NCBI GenBank assembly: GCA_021811585.1
Contig: JAJZOG010000005.1
Coordinates: 725-64,724 of the forward strand
Source: a bacterium
GTDB taxonomy: Bacteria > Patescibacteriota > Doudnabacteria > UBA920 > VMFF01
Direction: 5' to 3'
Length of the DNA stretch: 64,000 nt
Shown here: piece by piece, positions 17,845 through 27,767 of the stretch
How positions within the stretch are numbered: position 1 is the stretch's first letter
How the letters are laid out: each line of letters starts with the position of its first letter
Notes under the pieces: model-generated
Database searches by the model: none
Seen by the model: only the letters and a program-made list of their open reading frames with translations
Told to the model about the DNA's origin: nothing
Translations under genes and position numbers: made by a program

Positions 17845-18689
17845 CCGGTGAAAAAAAGGGAATTTTGGGGTTTTGGCCGCTTCTTTTTGAAAGCGGCGCG
17901 CGCGCGAACCGCCAGGTGAAAGCTCTTTTGAAAACGTTATTTTGGATATCCCTGTATTTTTTGCGCGACGCCGCAATCCCTGTTGTAATGCTGGCGGCAG
18001 CGTTTTGGATATCAAAGCGCGATATTTTATCCTCGGACATAATTTCTTTGGCGTCAATCTTATGGCTGGTTGTCTTGGGAATAAAATACGACGGGGCGGT
18101 TGGTTATATGTTTGCGTCCTTGCCCTTGGAAACCCCTTCGCGTGAAATTGCCCGCACAGCCGTGCGCCGCGGATTTAAATTTTTTATCAATGCCATAAAT
18201 ACGGGGGTGCTGCTTGTTTTCGGGCAAATGCTCCTGATTTGCCCCTGCTTCATTGCCATGGATAATTTTATCTTCAGCCCTTTCTTAATAATATATGAAG
18301 GGAGAAGCGGCGCGGATGCAAAGGAGCGTTCGCGCGAGCTGGCATCGGGATTCGGATATCTTGTTTTGTATCGGACGGTTTCATTTCTGCTTATTGCTTA
18401 TGCTTTTTTGGCTCTGGCAATTGCAATAATTTTTATCCGTGCGGAATGGCTGGCGCTTCTTGTCTTGGCTCTTGCCGGCATGTATATTTCCTTGATGCAA
18501 AGCAATTTTATAAGGCAAATATATTTGGAGATGCTGGGATTGCAGAGTTCCGGCGCCGCGCGCCCGGCTCAAGCCGGCATGCGCGGTACATTTCTGGCAA
18601 TCGGGTTTATGATTATTTTAGCTTTCCTTATTTACGCTATTTTTAAGTTTCTGCCTTTCTTGGTATTTGAAATTAACCGTTTGATTTGA
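17841..18689 (+). CDS. Hypothetical polytopic membrane protein embedded in the pentose-phosphate gene run
   Basis: At least six hydrophobic segments. Start overlaps the rpe stop by 4 nt. Confidence 0.5.
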   Translation: MTGEKKGILGFWPLLFESGARANRQVKALLKTLFWISLYFLRDAAIPVVMLAAAFWISKRDILSSDIISLASILWLVVLGIKYDGAVGYMFASLPLETPSREIARTAVRRGFKFFINAINTGVLLVFGQMLLICPCFIAMDNFIFSPFLIIYEGRSGADAKERSRELASGFGYLVLYRTVSFLLIAYAFLALAIAIIFIRAEWLALLVLALAGMYISLMQSNFIRQIYLEMLGLQSSGAARPAQAGMRGTFLAIGFMIILAFLIYAIFKFLPFLVFEINRLI

Positions 18690-18722
18690 ATCCGGTTTGA
18701 AAATTTGAAATAAAAAATAAAA

Positions 18723-19574
18723 ATGCAAAAATTAACAGCTTCGGAATTACAACTTAAAGCAAACGATCTGCGCCAGGATGTTATCGAGATGCTCCTGGAG
18801 GCGGGTTCCGGCCACAGTGCCGGGCCGCTTGGCACCGCGGATATTTTTGCCGCGCTTTATTTTAACGTTTTAAATCATGACCCGAAAAATCCAAAATGGG
18901 TGGGGCGTGACAGGTTGGTTCTTTCTTGCGGACATATCTGCCCGATTTTGTACGCTGCCCTTGCGGAAAGCGGATATTTTCCGACGGAAGAATTAAAAAC
19001 TCTTCGCAAGCTGGGCACCCGCCTGCAGGGCCATCCTCATAATTTAGATTTGCCGGGAATTGAAAATTCTTCCGGGCCTTTGGGGCAGGGTTTTTCGCAG
19101 GCAATCGGCATGGCTTTGGCGGCAAAATTAAACCATGAAAGGCACCGCATCTACTGCATCTCCAGCGACGGCGAGCATGATGAGGGCCAGATTTGGGAAG
19201 CAATTATGTTTGCGGGGAAAAACAAACTTAACAATTTAACGGTTATTTTAGACAGAAATAATATACAAATTGACGGCTATACCGAAGACGTTATGCCTTT
19301 GGAGCCGCTGCGCGATAAATACGAAGCGTTTAACTGGCACGTCTTGGAAATTGACGGCAATAATATTCATGAAATTATGGATGCCTGCGGCGAGGCAAAA
19401 ACAATTTACGAGAAGCCGACAATAATTATTGCGCATACTGTTCCCGGGAAAGGGGTTGGCTTCATGGAATTTGATTACAAATGGCACGGTACGCCGCCGA
19501 ACAAAGAACAAGCCGCGCGGGCATTGCATGAGCTGCGCACTTTGAGGGGCGCTATTAAGAGCGAGCATGAATAA
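18723..19574 (+). CDS. tkt: Transketolase, N-terminal (TPP-binding) subunit of a split enzyme
   Basis: GSGHSAGPLGTADIFAALYF, ...GHPH..., GPLGQG. Confidence 0.9.
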   Translation: MQKLTASELQLKANDLRQDVIEMLLEAGSGHSAGPLGTADIFAALYFNVLNHDPKNPKWVGRDRLVLSCGHICPILYAALAESGYFPTEELKTLRKLGTRLQGHPHNLDLPGIENSSGPLGQGFSQAIGMALAAKLNHERHRIYCISSDGEHDEGQIWEAIMFAGKNKLNNLTVILDRNNIQIDGYTEDVMPLEPLRDKYEAFNWHVLEIDGNNIHEIMDACGEAKTIYEKPTIIIAHTVPGKGVGFMEFDYKWHGTPPNKEQAARALHELRTLRGAIKSEHE

Positions 19575-19597
19575 AAGCGGAAATTTTCTAGATTAAT

Positions 19598-20626
19598 ATG
19601 AAAATCAAAGTTGAAAATAAAAAATTTACAGGGCTTGGCCTTGCTCCGCTTGCTCCGGATATCGGCAGAGCGGATATAAAACAGGTGCCAACAAGGAACG
19701 GCTACGGCGAAGCCCTGGTTGAGCTTGGGGAGAAAAATCCCGATGTTGTGGTTTTAACCGGGGATCTTTCGGATTCCACGCGCGCCGCGGAATTTGCCAA
19801 GAAATTTCCGGAGAGATTTTTTGAAGTCGGCGTTGCGGAGCAAAATTTAATGGGCATTGCAGCTGGCCTTGCTTTATCGGGAAAAACGCCGTTCGTTTCT
19901 TCCTATGCGACATTTTCTCCCGGGAGAAATTGGGACCAGTTGCGCGTGAGCGTTTGCTACAGCCGTGCGAACGTAAAAATTGCGGGAGCGCACACCGGCG
20001 TTTCGGTAGGGCCGGACGGCGCCACGCATCAGGCGCTCGAAGATATTGCCATTACCAGGGTTTTGCCGAATTTAACTGTTGTTGTCCCTTGCGATTCGCT
20101 GCAAACCAAAGCCGCTGCAATTGCCGCCTGCCAAATTCAGGGTCCGGTTTATTTTCGTTTTGCGCGGGAGGCAACGCCGGTTTTTACGACTCCTGAAACG
20201 CCGTTTGAAATAGGCAAGGCACAGCTTTTGCGGGACGGCGGCGATGTTGCGGTAATCGGCTGCGGGCCGGTTTTATATCATGCGCTTTTGGCTGCGCAGG
20301 AACTTGGAAAAGAAGGCCTGAGCGTTTTGGTTTTAAACAATCACACTATAAAGCCAATGGACGAGGAAGCTGTTGTTGCCTGTGCCGAAAAATGCGGAGC
20401 AGTTGTAACCTTGGAAGAGCACCAGGTGTCGGGCGGCGCGGGCAGCGCTGTCTGCGAGGCGCTTGCAAAATATTTTCCGGTTCCGGTGGAAATGGTTGGC
20501 ATGCAGGATACGTTCGGCGAAAGCGGGGAGCCGGCGGAACTTATAGAAAAGTACGGCATGGGCAAAGAAGCGGTTATCAGCGCGATTAAAAAAGTGTTAA
20601 CAAGAAAAAAGAAAGGGAATTCATGA
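19598..20626 (+). CDS. tkt: Transketolase, C-terminal (pyrimidine-binding and C-terminal) subunit
   Basis: ...RNGYGEALVELG...GVAEQNLMGIAAGLA...GPDGATHQALEDIA... Confidence 0.9.
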   Translation: MKIKVENKKFTGLGLAPLAPDIGRADIKQVPTRNGYGEALVELGEKNPDVVVLTGDLSDSTRAAEFAKKFPERFFEVGVAEQNLMGIAAGLALSGKTPFVSSYATFSPGRNWDQLRVSVCYSRANVKIAGAHTGVSVGPDGATHQALEDIAITRVLPNLTVVVPCDSLQTKAAAIAACQIQGPVYFRFAREATPVFTTPETPFEIGKAQLLRDGGDVAVIGCGPVLYHALLAAQELGKEGLSVLVLNNHTIKPMDEEAVVACAEKCGAVVTLEEHQVSGGAGSAVCEALAKYFPVPVEMVGMQDTFGESGEPAELIEKYGMGKEAVISAIKKVLTRKKKGNS

Positions 20627-21672
20627 AAGCAAATTATGATATTATCGGCATAGGCGATTGCACTTTGGATACTTTTGTAATTCTGGAAGAAGCCAACGTG
20701 CATTGCAATTTAAACCATGAGGATTGCCAGCTGTGCATGAGTTTTGCAAATAAAATTCCATACCAGAGCATGGTCCAGCTCTCCGCTGGGAATTCAAACA
20801 ATGTTTCTGTGGGCATGTCCCGGCTCGGATTTAAGTCGGCGTTTTACGGCACTGTCGGAGCGGATGAGCACGGCCGCATTATTTTGAATGCCTTGAAAAA
20901 AGACAAAGTCAATACTTCCATGATGAGCATCCAAAAAAAATTTCCCACAAATTTCCATATCGTCCTTTCTTTCAAGGGCGAGCGCACAATTTTAATAAAA
21001 CACCAGCCCTATGCTTACGAGCTGCCGCCGAATTTGGCGCGGACAAACTGGATTTATTTTTCTTCGGTGGGAGAAAGCGGATTGTCTTTGCATCCCAAGC
21101 TGGTAAAATTTTTGCAGGCCAATGCGCATATAAAAATGGCCTTTAACCCGGGGACTTTCCAATTGCGCCTGGGAATGGAAAAATTAATGCCGCTTATGCG
21201 CCGCACTGAAATTCTTTTCGTAAACAAGGAAGAGGCGGAACTTTTAGCCGGCAGGAACGGCGGCAGCATGGAAAAACTTGCGCGCGTTTTGCACAAGCAC
21301 GGGCCGAAAATAGTTGTTATTACGGACGGTCTGAACGGCTCTTACTGCTTTGATCGCGGCAATTTTTATTACATAGGCATTTATCCGCACCGCCCGATTG
21401 AAGCGACCGGAGCCGGCGACGCGTTTGCCACCGGCTTCACTGCGGCAATGATGCGCGGGCTTGGCGCCGATGAAGCCATGCGGTGGGGCGCGCGAAACGG
21501 CGCTTCGGTTGCCACGCAAATTGGCCCTCAGGCAGGGCTGGTTACAAAAAAGGAAATGCTTAATTCGCTCGGCGCGCACAAGCAGTTCCGCGCGCAATTG
21601 ATGAATGCTGAAAAAGCCGCGATGAAGGAGCGAATTAAGGCCGGCGCTGCCCAGGGCCGGCGCGGCCGTTAA
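20623..21672 (+). CDS. PfkB/ribokinase-family sugar kinase with a C-terminal charged tail
   Basis: GAGDAFATGF anion-hole motif. N-terminal GxGD-like IGIGDCTLD. Confidence 0.8.
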   Translation: MKANYDIIGIGDCTLDTFVILEEANVHCNLNHEDCQLCMSFANKIPYQSMVQLSAGNSNNVSVGMSRLGFKSAFYGTVGADEHGRIILNALKKDKVNTSMMSIQKKFPTNFHIVLSFKGERTILIKHQPYAYELPPNLARTNWIYFSSVGESGLSLHPKLVKFLQANAHIKMAFNPGTFQLRLGMEKLMPLMRRTEILFVNKEEAELLAGRNGGSMEKLARVLHKHGPKIVVITDGLNGSYCFDRGNFYYIGIYPHRPIEATGAGDAFATGFTAAMMRGLGADEAMRWGARNGASVATQIGPQAGLVTKKEMLNSLGAHKQFRAQLMNAEKAAMKERIKAGAAQGRRGR

Positions 21673-21722
21673 GCGCCGGTAATTCGCCGGCCGGCAGTTA
21701 ACTAAAAATTAATCAAAAATTT

Positions 21723-22748
21723 ATGAAACCAATCAAACTTGCCATAAACGGCTTCGGGCGCATAGGCCGCCAGGCATTCAAAATTGCGCTTGAAAAGCCG
21801 GAAATCGAAATCCTTGCAATAAACGATTTGACCAATCCGCAGGTGCTTGCGCATCTTTTAAAATACGATACAAATTACGGGATTTATCCCAAGGAAGTTT
21901 CCTTCGATGAAAATCATATCATAGTGGACGGCCAAAAAATTGTTGTTGTCGCGGAAAAAGATCCCGCACTTCTGCCTTGGGGAAAAATGGGCGTTGATGT
22001 TGTTATTGAATCCACGGGCAGGTTTACGGATTCGGAAAAATCTGCCGCGCATTTGAAAGCCGGCGCCAAAAGGGTCATAATTTCCGCTCCCGCAAAAGAT
22101 GCGGGCATCACCAAAACCTTTGTCCTTTCCGTAAACAATTCGGGTTATAAAGGCGAAGAAATAATTTCCAACGCATCCTGCACGACAAATTGCATTACCC
22201 CGGTTGCCCAGGTTTTGGTTGATAAGTTCGGCATAGAAAAAATAATGATGACCACGATTCACTCGTATACCGCAGAGCAGAATCTTGTCGACGGCCCTCC
22301 GCCGGGAGGCTTTTCCACTGATTTGCGTCGAGCCAGGAGCGCGTCCAACAATATAGTGCCCACAAGCACAGGGGCAACCGTTGCCGCCACCGAAGCCATC
22401 CCGCAGCTAAGAGGGCTTTTCCACGGGCTTTCAATTCGCGTGCCCACGCCGGTTGGTTCGCTTTCCGATTTTGTGGCCTTGCTTTCCAGAAAAACCACCA
22501 AAGAAGAAATTAACCGGGCATTTATGGATGCCGGCAAGGAAAAACGTTACGCGGGGATTTTGAGCGTCACAAGCGAACCGCTCGTTTCCTCGGATATTAT
22601 AGGCAACCCGAGCTCGGCAATAGTCGATTTATCTTTAACGGAAGTTGTTGGCGGCGATTTGGCTAAGGTTGTGGCTTGGTATGATAATGAGTTTGGCTAT
22701 TCGAACCGCTTGGTTGAGGAGGTTTTAATGGTCGGGCAATCAATATAA
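21723..22748 (+). CDS. gap: Glyceraldehyde-3-phosphate dehydrogenase
   Basis: INGFGRIGRQ, SNASCTTNCI. Confidence 0.95.
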   Translation: MKPIKLAINGFGRIGRQAFKIALEKPEIEILAINDLTNPQVLAHLLKYDTNYGIYPKEVSFDENHIIVDGQKIVVVAEKDPALLPWGKMGVDVVIESTGRFTDSEKSAAHLKAGAKRVIISAPAKDAGITKTFVLSVNNSGYKGEEIISNASCTTNCITPVAQVLVDKFGIEKIMMTTIHSYTAEQNLVDGPPPGGFSTDLRRARSASNNIVPTSTGATVAATEAIPQLRGLFHGLSIRVPTPVGSLSDFVALLSRKTTKEEINRAFMDAGKEKRYAGILSVTSEPLVSSDIIGNPSSAIVDLSLTEVVGGDLAKVVAWYDNEFGYSNRLVEEVLMVGQSI

Positions 22749-22756
22749 AGAGCAGG

Positions 22757-24019
22757 ATGGAATTTCTCCGCGAACAAAAAAATCTCAAAGGCAAAACCGC
22801 GCTTGTGCGCGCGGATTTGGATGCCCCGCACGAAAACGGGAAAATCCTCGACGATTACCGTATCGTAATTTCCGCGGCAACGGTTGCTTTTTTGCGCAAA
22901 GCCGGTGCAAAAATAATCGTTATTTCAAAATTGGGGCGACCGAATTTGGTTTCGGAAAGCGATTGGCAAAAAAATTCGCAGGAAAATTCCAAGGAGACCC
23001 TTTTCCCCGAAGCCGTCCGCCTCGGAGAAATTTTAAACCTGAAAGTTTCGGATGGTAGTGCCCGCCTGCCGGATTACGATATCGGGCAGATCGCGTTTTT
23101 TCGCGCGGATATCCGGGAAAAGAAAAATTTGGAAATGGTAAAAAATGCGCGGCCAAGCGAAATAATTATCCTTGAAAACATCCGTTTTTATGCCGAGGAA
23201 AAAAAATGCGATGAAAATTTTGCGAAAGCATTGGCGTCCTTGGCGGATTTTTACGTCGACGAGGCCTTTGCAATGGTCCACCGGAAAGAAGCAACTGTTG
23301 CTTTGCTGCCCAAATTCCTGCCCTCTTATGCGGGCTTGAATTTGGAAAAAGAAATTGCCGCTATGCGCCGCATCCTGGATATTAAGGAAAACCCTTTTCT
23401 GGTGATTGCCGGCGGCGTAAAAATTTCCGATAAAATCGGAGCCATAAAAAACCTGGGCAAGCGCGCGGATAAAATACTTGTCGGCGGAGCGCTGGCGAAT
23501 TTATTTTTCAGGGCAAAAGGATACGAAACAGGCCAATCGGTGCTGGAAGCGGACAAGCTCGAGCTTGCGCAAGAGCTTTTGCGCAATTTTAAAGATAAAA
23601 TTATTTTGCCCGATGACGTCGTTGTTGCGGAAACGCAGCCCGGGGAACACGCAGAATTTAAGAATATCAGGATTGCGCAACCTGCCGGGATCAAGCCCCG
23701 CGAAGCGGTTTTGGACATTGGCCCCAAGACAATCCTCAATTTTTCTTCATATATAAAGACAGCCAAAAAAATGGTTTGGAACGGGCCCATGGGATATTTT
23801 GAAAATAAATCCTTTTCCTACGGGACAATGAGCATTGCAAGAATTTTTGCTTCCAAGTGCAGAGCCAGGGCTTACGGCCTGGCTGGCGGCGGTGATACTT
23901 TAAGCGCAATACATCTGGCGCGGGTCGAGGATCAAATAGATTTTATTTCAACAGGCGGCAGTGCTATGCTGGATTTTCTGGCTGGCGAGGATTTGCCCGG
24001 AATTAAAGCATTGGAGTAA
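22757..24019 (+). CDS. pgk: Phosphoglycerate kinase
   Basis: ...LVRADLDAP...; GGGDT-like hinge. Length 420 aa. Confidence 0.9.
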   Translation: MEFLREQKNLKGKTALVRADLDAPHENGKILDDYRIVISAATVAFLRKAGAKIIVISKLGRPNLVSESDWQKNSQENSKETLFPEAVRLGEILNLKVSDGSARLPDYDIGQIAFFRADIREKKNLEMVKNARPSEIIILENIRFYAEEKKCDENFAKALASLADFYVDEAFAMVHRKEATVALLPKFLPSYAGLNLEKEIAAMRRILDIKENPFLVIAGGVKISDKIGAIKNLGKRADKILVGGALANLFFRAKGYETGQSVLEADKLELAQELLRNFKDKIILPDDVVVAETQPGEHAEFKNIRIAQPAGIKPREAVLDIGPKTILNFSSYIKTAKKMVWNGPMGYFENKSFSYGTMSIARIFASKCRARAYGLAGGGDTLSAIHLARVEDQIDFISTGGSAMLDFLAGEDLPGIKALE

Positions 24020-24020
24020 A

Positions 24021-24078
24021 ATGGTAGTGGTAGTTGGTAGTTGGTAGATGGTAGATGGTAGATGGTAGTTGGTGTTGA
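24021..24078. repeat. Heptamer-array element 5, (GGTAGTTGG / GGTAGATGG)n in the opposite orientation to elements 2-4
   Basis: ATGGTAGTGGTAGTTGGTAGTTGGTAGATGGTAGATGGTAGATGGTAGTTGGTGTTGATA lies in the pgk-gpmI spacer. Confidence 0.85.
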
Positions 24079-24099
24079 TAATCGCATTTATTTTTATTT

Positions 24100-25719
24100 A
24101 TGCAAATTTTTAAAAAAGTAATATTATTAATTCTGGACGGTTTTGGCGTGGCTTCGCCTTCGCGGGGAAATGCCATTTCCTTGTCAGAACCGCCGAATTT
24201 CAACAGGATTTTATCCGAATATCCTGCCACAACTTTGCAGGCATCTGGTCCGTTGGTGGGCTTGCCTTGGGGTGAGATGGGCAATTCCGAGGTTGGACAC
24301 TTAAATATCGGAGCAGGCCGAATTGTGGGCCAGGATTTGCCGCGCATTACCAGCAGCATCCAGAGCGGAGATTTTTTCAAAAACCAGGTCTTTTCCGAGG
24401 CCTGCGAGCATGTCAAAAAAAATAATTCCAAATTGCATTTGCTCGGAATGATAAGCCCTGGCGGAGTGCACAGCTACGACGAGCACCTTTACGCGCTCAT
24501 GGGCCTTGCGGCTGAACAGGGCGTTAAAAACGTTTTTATACACATGATCACCGACGGCCGCGACACCGAAGAGAAAATCGCGCTGGTGAGTTTGGAAAAA
24601 TTGCACACGCGCATCAGCCAGATAGGCGTGGGAAAAATCGCAACCGTTGCCGGAAGATTTTACGCCATGGATCGCGGCGGGCATTGGGAGCAAACAGAGC
24701 TTATGTATCAGGCAATGGCAAACGGGACCGGCGAGACCGCGAATTCCGCTTTGGATTGCATTGCTTCGAATTACGCGCGCGGCATTTATGATGAAATGAT
24801 AAGGCCGACAGTGATTTTGGAAAAAGACCATCCTGTCGCCAAAGTGGAGAGTGGCGATGCCGTAATATTTTTTAATTTCAGGCAAGACCGCGCCATACAG
24901 CTGACGGTTGCTTTTGTGGCGCCGGAGCGCATGAAAATAGAGCAGCCGCACGCAAAAATCGAGAATTTGTTTTTTGTCACAATGACTTCGTATTTGCCGG
25001 AGCTTCCTGTAAAAGTCGCCTTCCCTCCGTTAAAAATAGAAAATGATATTGCCGCCGTGGTTTCCCAGGCGGGCTTGAAGCAATTTCACGCTGCTGAAAG
25101 CGAAAAGTTTGCGCATGTTACTTCTTTTTTCAACGGCGGGAAAATGGATCCGCTCCGCGGCGAAGACCGCATGATAATTTCCAGCCCCGATAATACGCAT
25201 AATTACATTGACCATCCGGAAATGTCCGTGGAGAAGCTCACGGATACGCTCGTGGATAAGGTTGCGCACTCGGACATTAATTTTTTCGTCGTCAATTTCG
25301 CAAATGCCGATATGGTCGGCCACACCGGCAGCTTGCCTGCGACAATCGCGGCTGTTAAGGCAATTGATGCCCAAATAGGCAGGATAGAGCAGGCGGCAAT
25401 TGCCGCAGGCGCTTGCTTTATAATTACCGCTGACCATGGCAATGCCGAGCAGATGATTAATGTCCAGACAGGCGAAATTGATAAAGACCACACCACTTCA
25501 CCCGTGCCTTTTGTCTTGATCGCCCAGGAATTTAAGCGTAAAATTCCCGAGAAAATGGATTATAATTACCTTTCTTCGCTTATGCCCGAGGGCGCGCTTT
25601 CGGATATTGCTCCCACGGTTTTGGCGCTTTTGGGAATCCCCAAATCGCCGCAAATGACCGGAGTAAGCTTGCTGCCTGTTTTCGAAAAAAATGCTTATGC
25701 GGGAAATTTGGAACATTAA
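24100..25719 (+). CDS. gpmI: 2,3-bisphosphoglycerate-independent phosphoglycerate mutase
   Basis: ILLILDGFGVA..., ...HLLGMISPGGVHS..., ...ADHGNAEQM. Confidence 0.9.
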   Translation: MQIFKKVILLILDGFGVASPSRGNAISLSEPPNFNRILSEYPATTLQASGPLVGLPWGEMGNSEVGHLNIGAGRIVGQDLPRITSSIQSGDFFKNQVFSEACEHVKKNNSKLHLLGMISPGGVHSYDEHLYALMGLAAEQGVKNVFIHMITDGRDTEEKIALVSLEKLHTRISQIGVGKIATVAGRFYAMDRGGHWEQTELMYQAMANGTGETANSALDCIASNYARGIYDEMIRPTVILEKDHPVAKVESGDAVIFFNFRQDRAIQLTVAFVAPERMKIEQPHAKIENLFFVTMTSYLPELPVKVAFPPLKIENDIAAVVSQAGLKQFHAAESEKFAHVTSFFNGGKMDPLRGEDRMIISSPDNTHNYIDHPEMSVEKLTDTLVDKVAHSDINFFVVNFANADMVGHTGSLPATIAAVKAIDAQIGRIEQAAIAAGACFIITADHGNAEQMINVQTGEIDKDHTTSPVPFVLIAQEFKRKIPEKMDYNYLSSLMPEGALSDIAPTVLALLGIPKSPQMTGVSLLPVFEKNAYAGNLEH

Positions 25720-27355
25720 GCAGAGGACTGAAAAAGATCTTTTGCACCAGCTTTTAAAGAATCGCGCAATCGCCGAGGCGAACGCGGATTCTTTTTTAAA
25801 TCCCGATTACGGCGAATTGCACGATCCTTTTCTTTTCACCGAGATGCACAAGGCAACGGACAGGATTTGGGAGGCGATTGAAAAAGGCGAGAAAATTTTA
25901 ATTTACAGCGATTATGACGCTGATGCCGTGACCGCGAATGCGACCATTTTCCGGGCTTTGAAATTTTTGGGAGCAACCGCGGAAGTTTATATACCGGACA
26001 GATTTTCCGAAGGATATGGTTTGAATTTGCAGGCGTTTGAAAGCATAAAAGCGCAAGGTGTGCGGGTTGTCATTACTGTTGATTGCGGCACGAATTCGGT
26101 TGCTGAAGCGCAATTTTGCAAAAAGAACGGCATTAATTTGATAATCACTGACCATCACGAAATAACAGGGGAAAAGCCGCGGGCCTTTGCGCTCATAAAT
26201 CCCAAGAACCCCGGCGAGAAATATCCGTATTGCGAGCTTACCGGCGTTGCGGTTGCCTGGAAGCTGGTTTGCGCGCTTTTTTCATCCAAAGAAAAAAGCG
26301 GTTTGCCCGGGGGTTTTGAAAAATGGTTTTTGGATTTTGTTGCCATAGGCACGATTGCGGATTGCCATTCGCTTTTGGGTGAAAACAGGATTCTTGTAAA
26401 ATTCGGCTTGCAGGTCCTGGCGAAGACAAAATGGCCCGGGCTCCGCGCTTTAATAGAAAGCGCGGCGCCGCGCGAGTTGGATGCTTATGCCGTCAGCTTT
26501 ATGATCGCGCCGCGCATTAATGCCGCCGGCAGAATAGACCATGCGCGCATTGCCTTTGATTTGCTTGTTGAAGACGATCCCGGGCGCGCGCGCCAAATGG
26601 CAGCGGAGCTGGAAAAATTAAATTCCAAAAGGCAAATGCTCACCGAAGTCGTGGTTTCCGAAGCGCGCGCCCAGCTTGCCCAGCTGGAAAACAGAAAAAT
26701 TTTGCTCGCTTCCGGCACTGATTGGCCCAAAGGCGTTGTCGGCTTGGTTGCAGGGAAGCTTTGCGAAGAGTTTGGCAAGCCGGTTTTGGTAATGGAAAAA
26801 GGCGCTGAGCATGCGACCGGTTCGGCGCGCAGCACCCCTTCTTTCAATATTGTCAATGCGCTTTCGTATTCCAAGGAATTCCTGGTAAAATACGGTGGGC
26901 ATGCCGCGGCCGCAGGTTTTACCTTGCGCAGTTCGGATATTGATTTTCTATACAAAAAGCTTTTGGAATATGCGGACGAAAATTTGCGCGAAGAGGATTT
27001 GGCAAAAACCCTGGAATTGGAAGCGGAAATTTATCCCGGTGAAATAAATTTTCAAACATTCGGCGAGATTGAAAAATTGGCTCCTTTCGGGGTTGATAAT
27101 CGCCGCCCGCGGTTCGCGCTTCCGGGGTTGATCCTGGAAGAATTCCGCACCGTCGGCAAGGGACAGGCCCATTTGCAATTGAGCGCGCGCGCCGGCGAAA
27201 AGATTTTCAGATGCATAGGGTTTAATCTCGGCTGGGCGTCCGCGGAATTAAAGCCCGGAGATAAAATCGACCTCGCCTGCGAGCTTATCAGCGACGAATG
27301 GAACGGCTTTAAGAATTTAAAATTAAGAATTTTGGATTTCAGGAAAAATGAATGA
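25691..27355 (+). CDS. recJ: Single-stranded-DNA-specific exonuclease RecJ
   Basis: DHH motifs: IYSDYDADAVTANA, ITVDCGTN, ITDHHE, plus DHHA1. Confidence 0.85.
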   Translation: MLMREIWNIKQRTEKDLLHQLLKNRAIAEANADSFLNPDYGELHDPFLFTEMHKATDRIWEAIEKGEKILIYSDYDADAVTANATIFRALKFLGATAEVYIPDRFSEGYGLNLQAFESIKAQGVRVVITVDCGTNSVAEAQFCKKNGINLIITDHHEITGEKPRAFALINPKNPGEKYPYCELTGVAVAWKLVCALFSSKEKSGLPGGFEKWFLDFVAIGTIADCHSLLGENRILVKFGLQVLAKTKWPGLRALIESAAPRELDAYAVSFMIAPRINAAGRIDHARIAFDLLVEDDPGRARQMAAELEKLNSKRQMLTEVVVSEARAQLAQLENRKILLASGTDWPKGVVGLVAGKLCEEFGKPVLVMEKGAEHATGSARSTPSFNIVNALSYSKEFLVKYGGHAAAAGFTLRSSDIDFLYKKLLEYADENLREEDLAKTLELEAEIYPGEINFQTFGEIEKLAPFGVDNRRPRFALPGLILEEFRTVGKGQAHLQLSARAGEKIFRCIGFNLGWASAELKPGDKIDLACELISDEWNGFKNLKLRILDFRKNE

Positions 27356-27767
27356 AGAACTAACCATATTTACGGACGGAGGCGCAAGAGGCAATCCAGG
27401 CCCCGCGGGTATTGGCATTGTTTTTAAGATCGGCTCCAAAACCGCGGCGCACATAAAACAATACATAGGCGAGCACACCAATAATTTTGCCGAATACACG
27501 GCATTGATAACTGCCCTTGAAAAGGCCTTGGAGCTTGGCCATAAAAACGTCCGGTGTTTTTTGGACAGCGAATTGGTTGTCCGCCAGCTGAACGGCCAAT
27601 ATAAAATTAAAGAGCCAAGTATAAAAATCTTGGCGCAAAAGGCGCTCGCACTCACGAATAAGTTTCAGGCCGTAACTTTTTCGCACGTGCCGCGCGAAAA
27701 AAACAGCGAAGCAGACCGGCTTGTCAACCAAGCCATAGACGAAGCCACAGGTGAACGCTTCGCCTAG
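27348..27767 (+). CDS. rnhA: Ribonuclease HI
   Basis: IFTDGGARGNPGPAGIG..., ...TNNFAEYTALI... Confidence 0.9.
   Translation: MNEELTIFTDGGARGNPGPAGIGIVFKIGSKTAAHIKQYIGEHTNNFAEYTALITALEKALELGHKNVRCFLDSELVVRQLNGQYKIKEPSIKILAQKALALTNKFQAVTFSHVPREKNSEADRLVNQAIDEATGERFA

Noticed and set aside
20341-20703. Several 60-200 aa antisense or alternate-frame ORFs inside tkt, gap, pgk, gpmI, recJ, mrdA and others
   Set aside because: All overlap well-supported conserved genes on the other strand or frame and show no motif or RBS support. Typical of shadow ORFs at 45% GC.
24020-24099. Possible small ORF or peptide in the pgk-gpmI spacer (opposite-strand ORF 24003-24431 LPSTIYHLPTTNYHYHF)
   Set aside because: Its N-terminal part is repeat read-through and the remainder overlaps gpmI antisense. 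No support.
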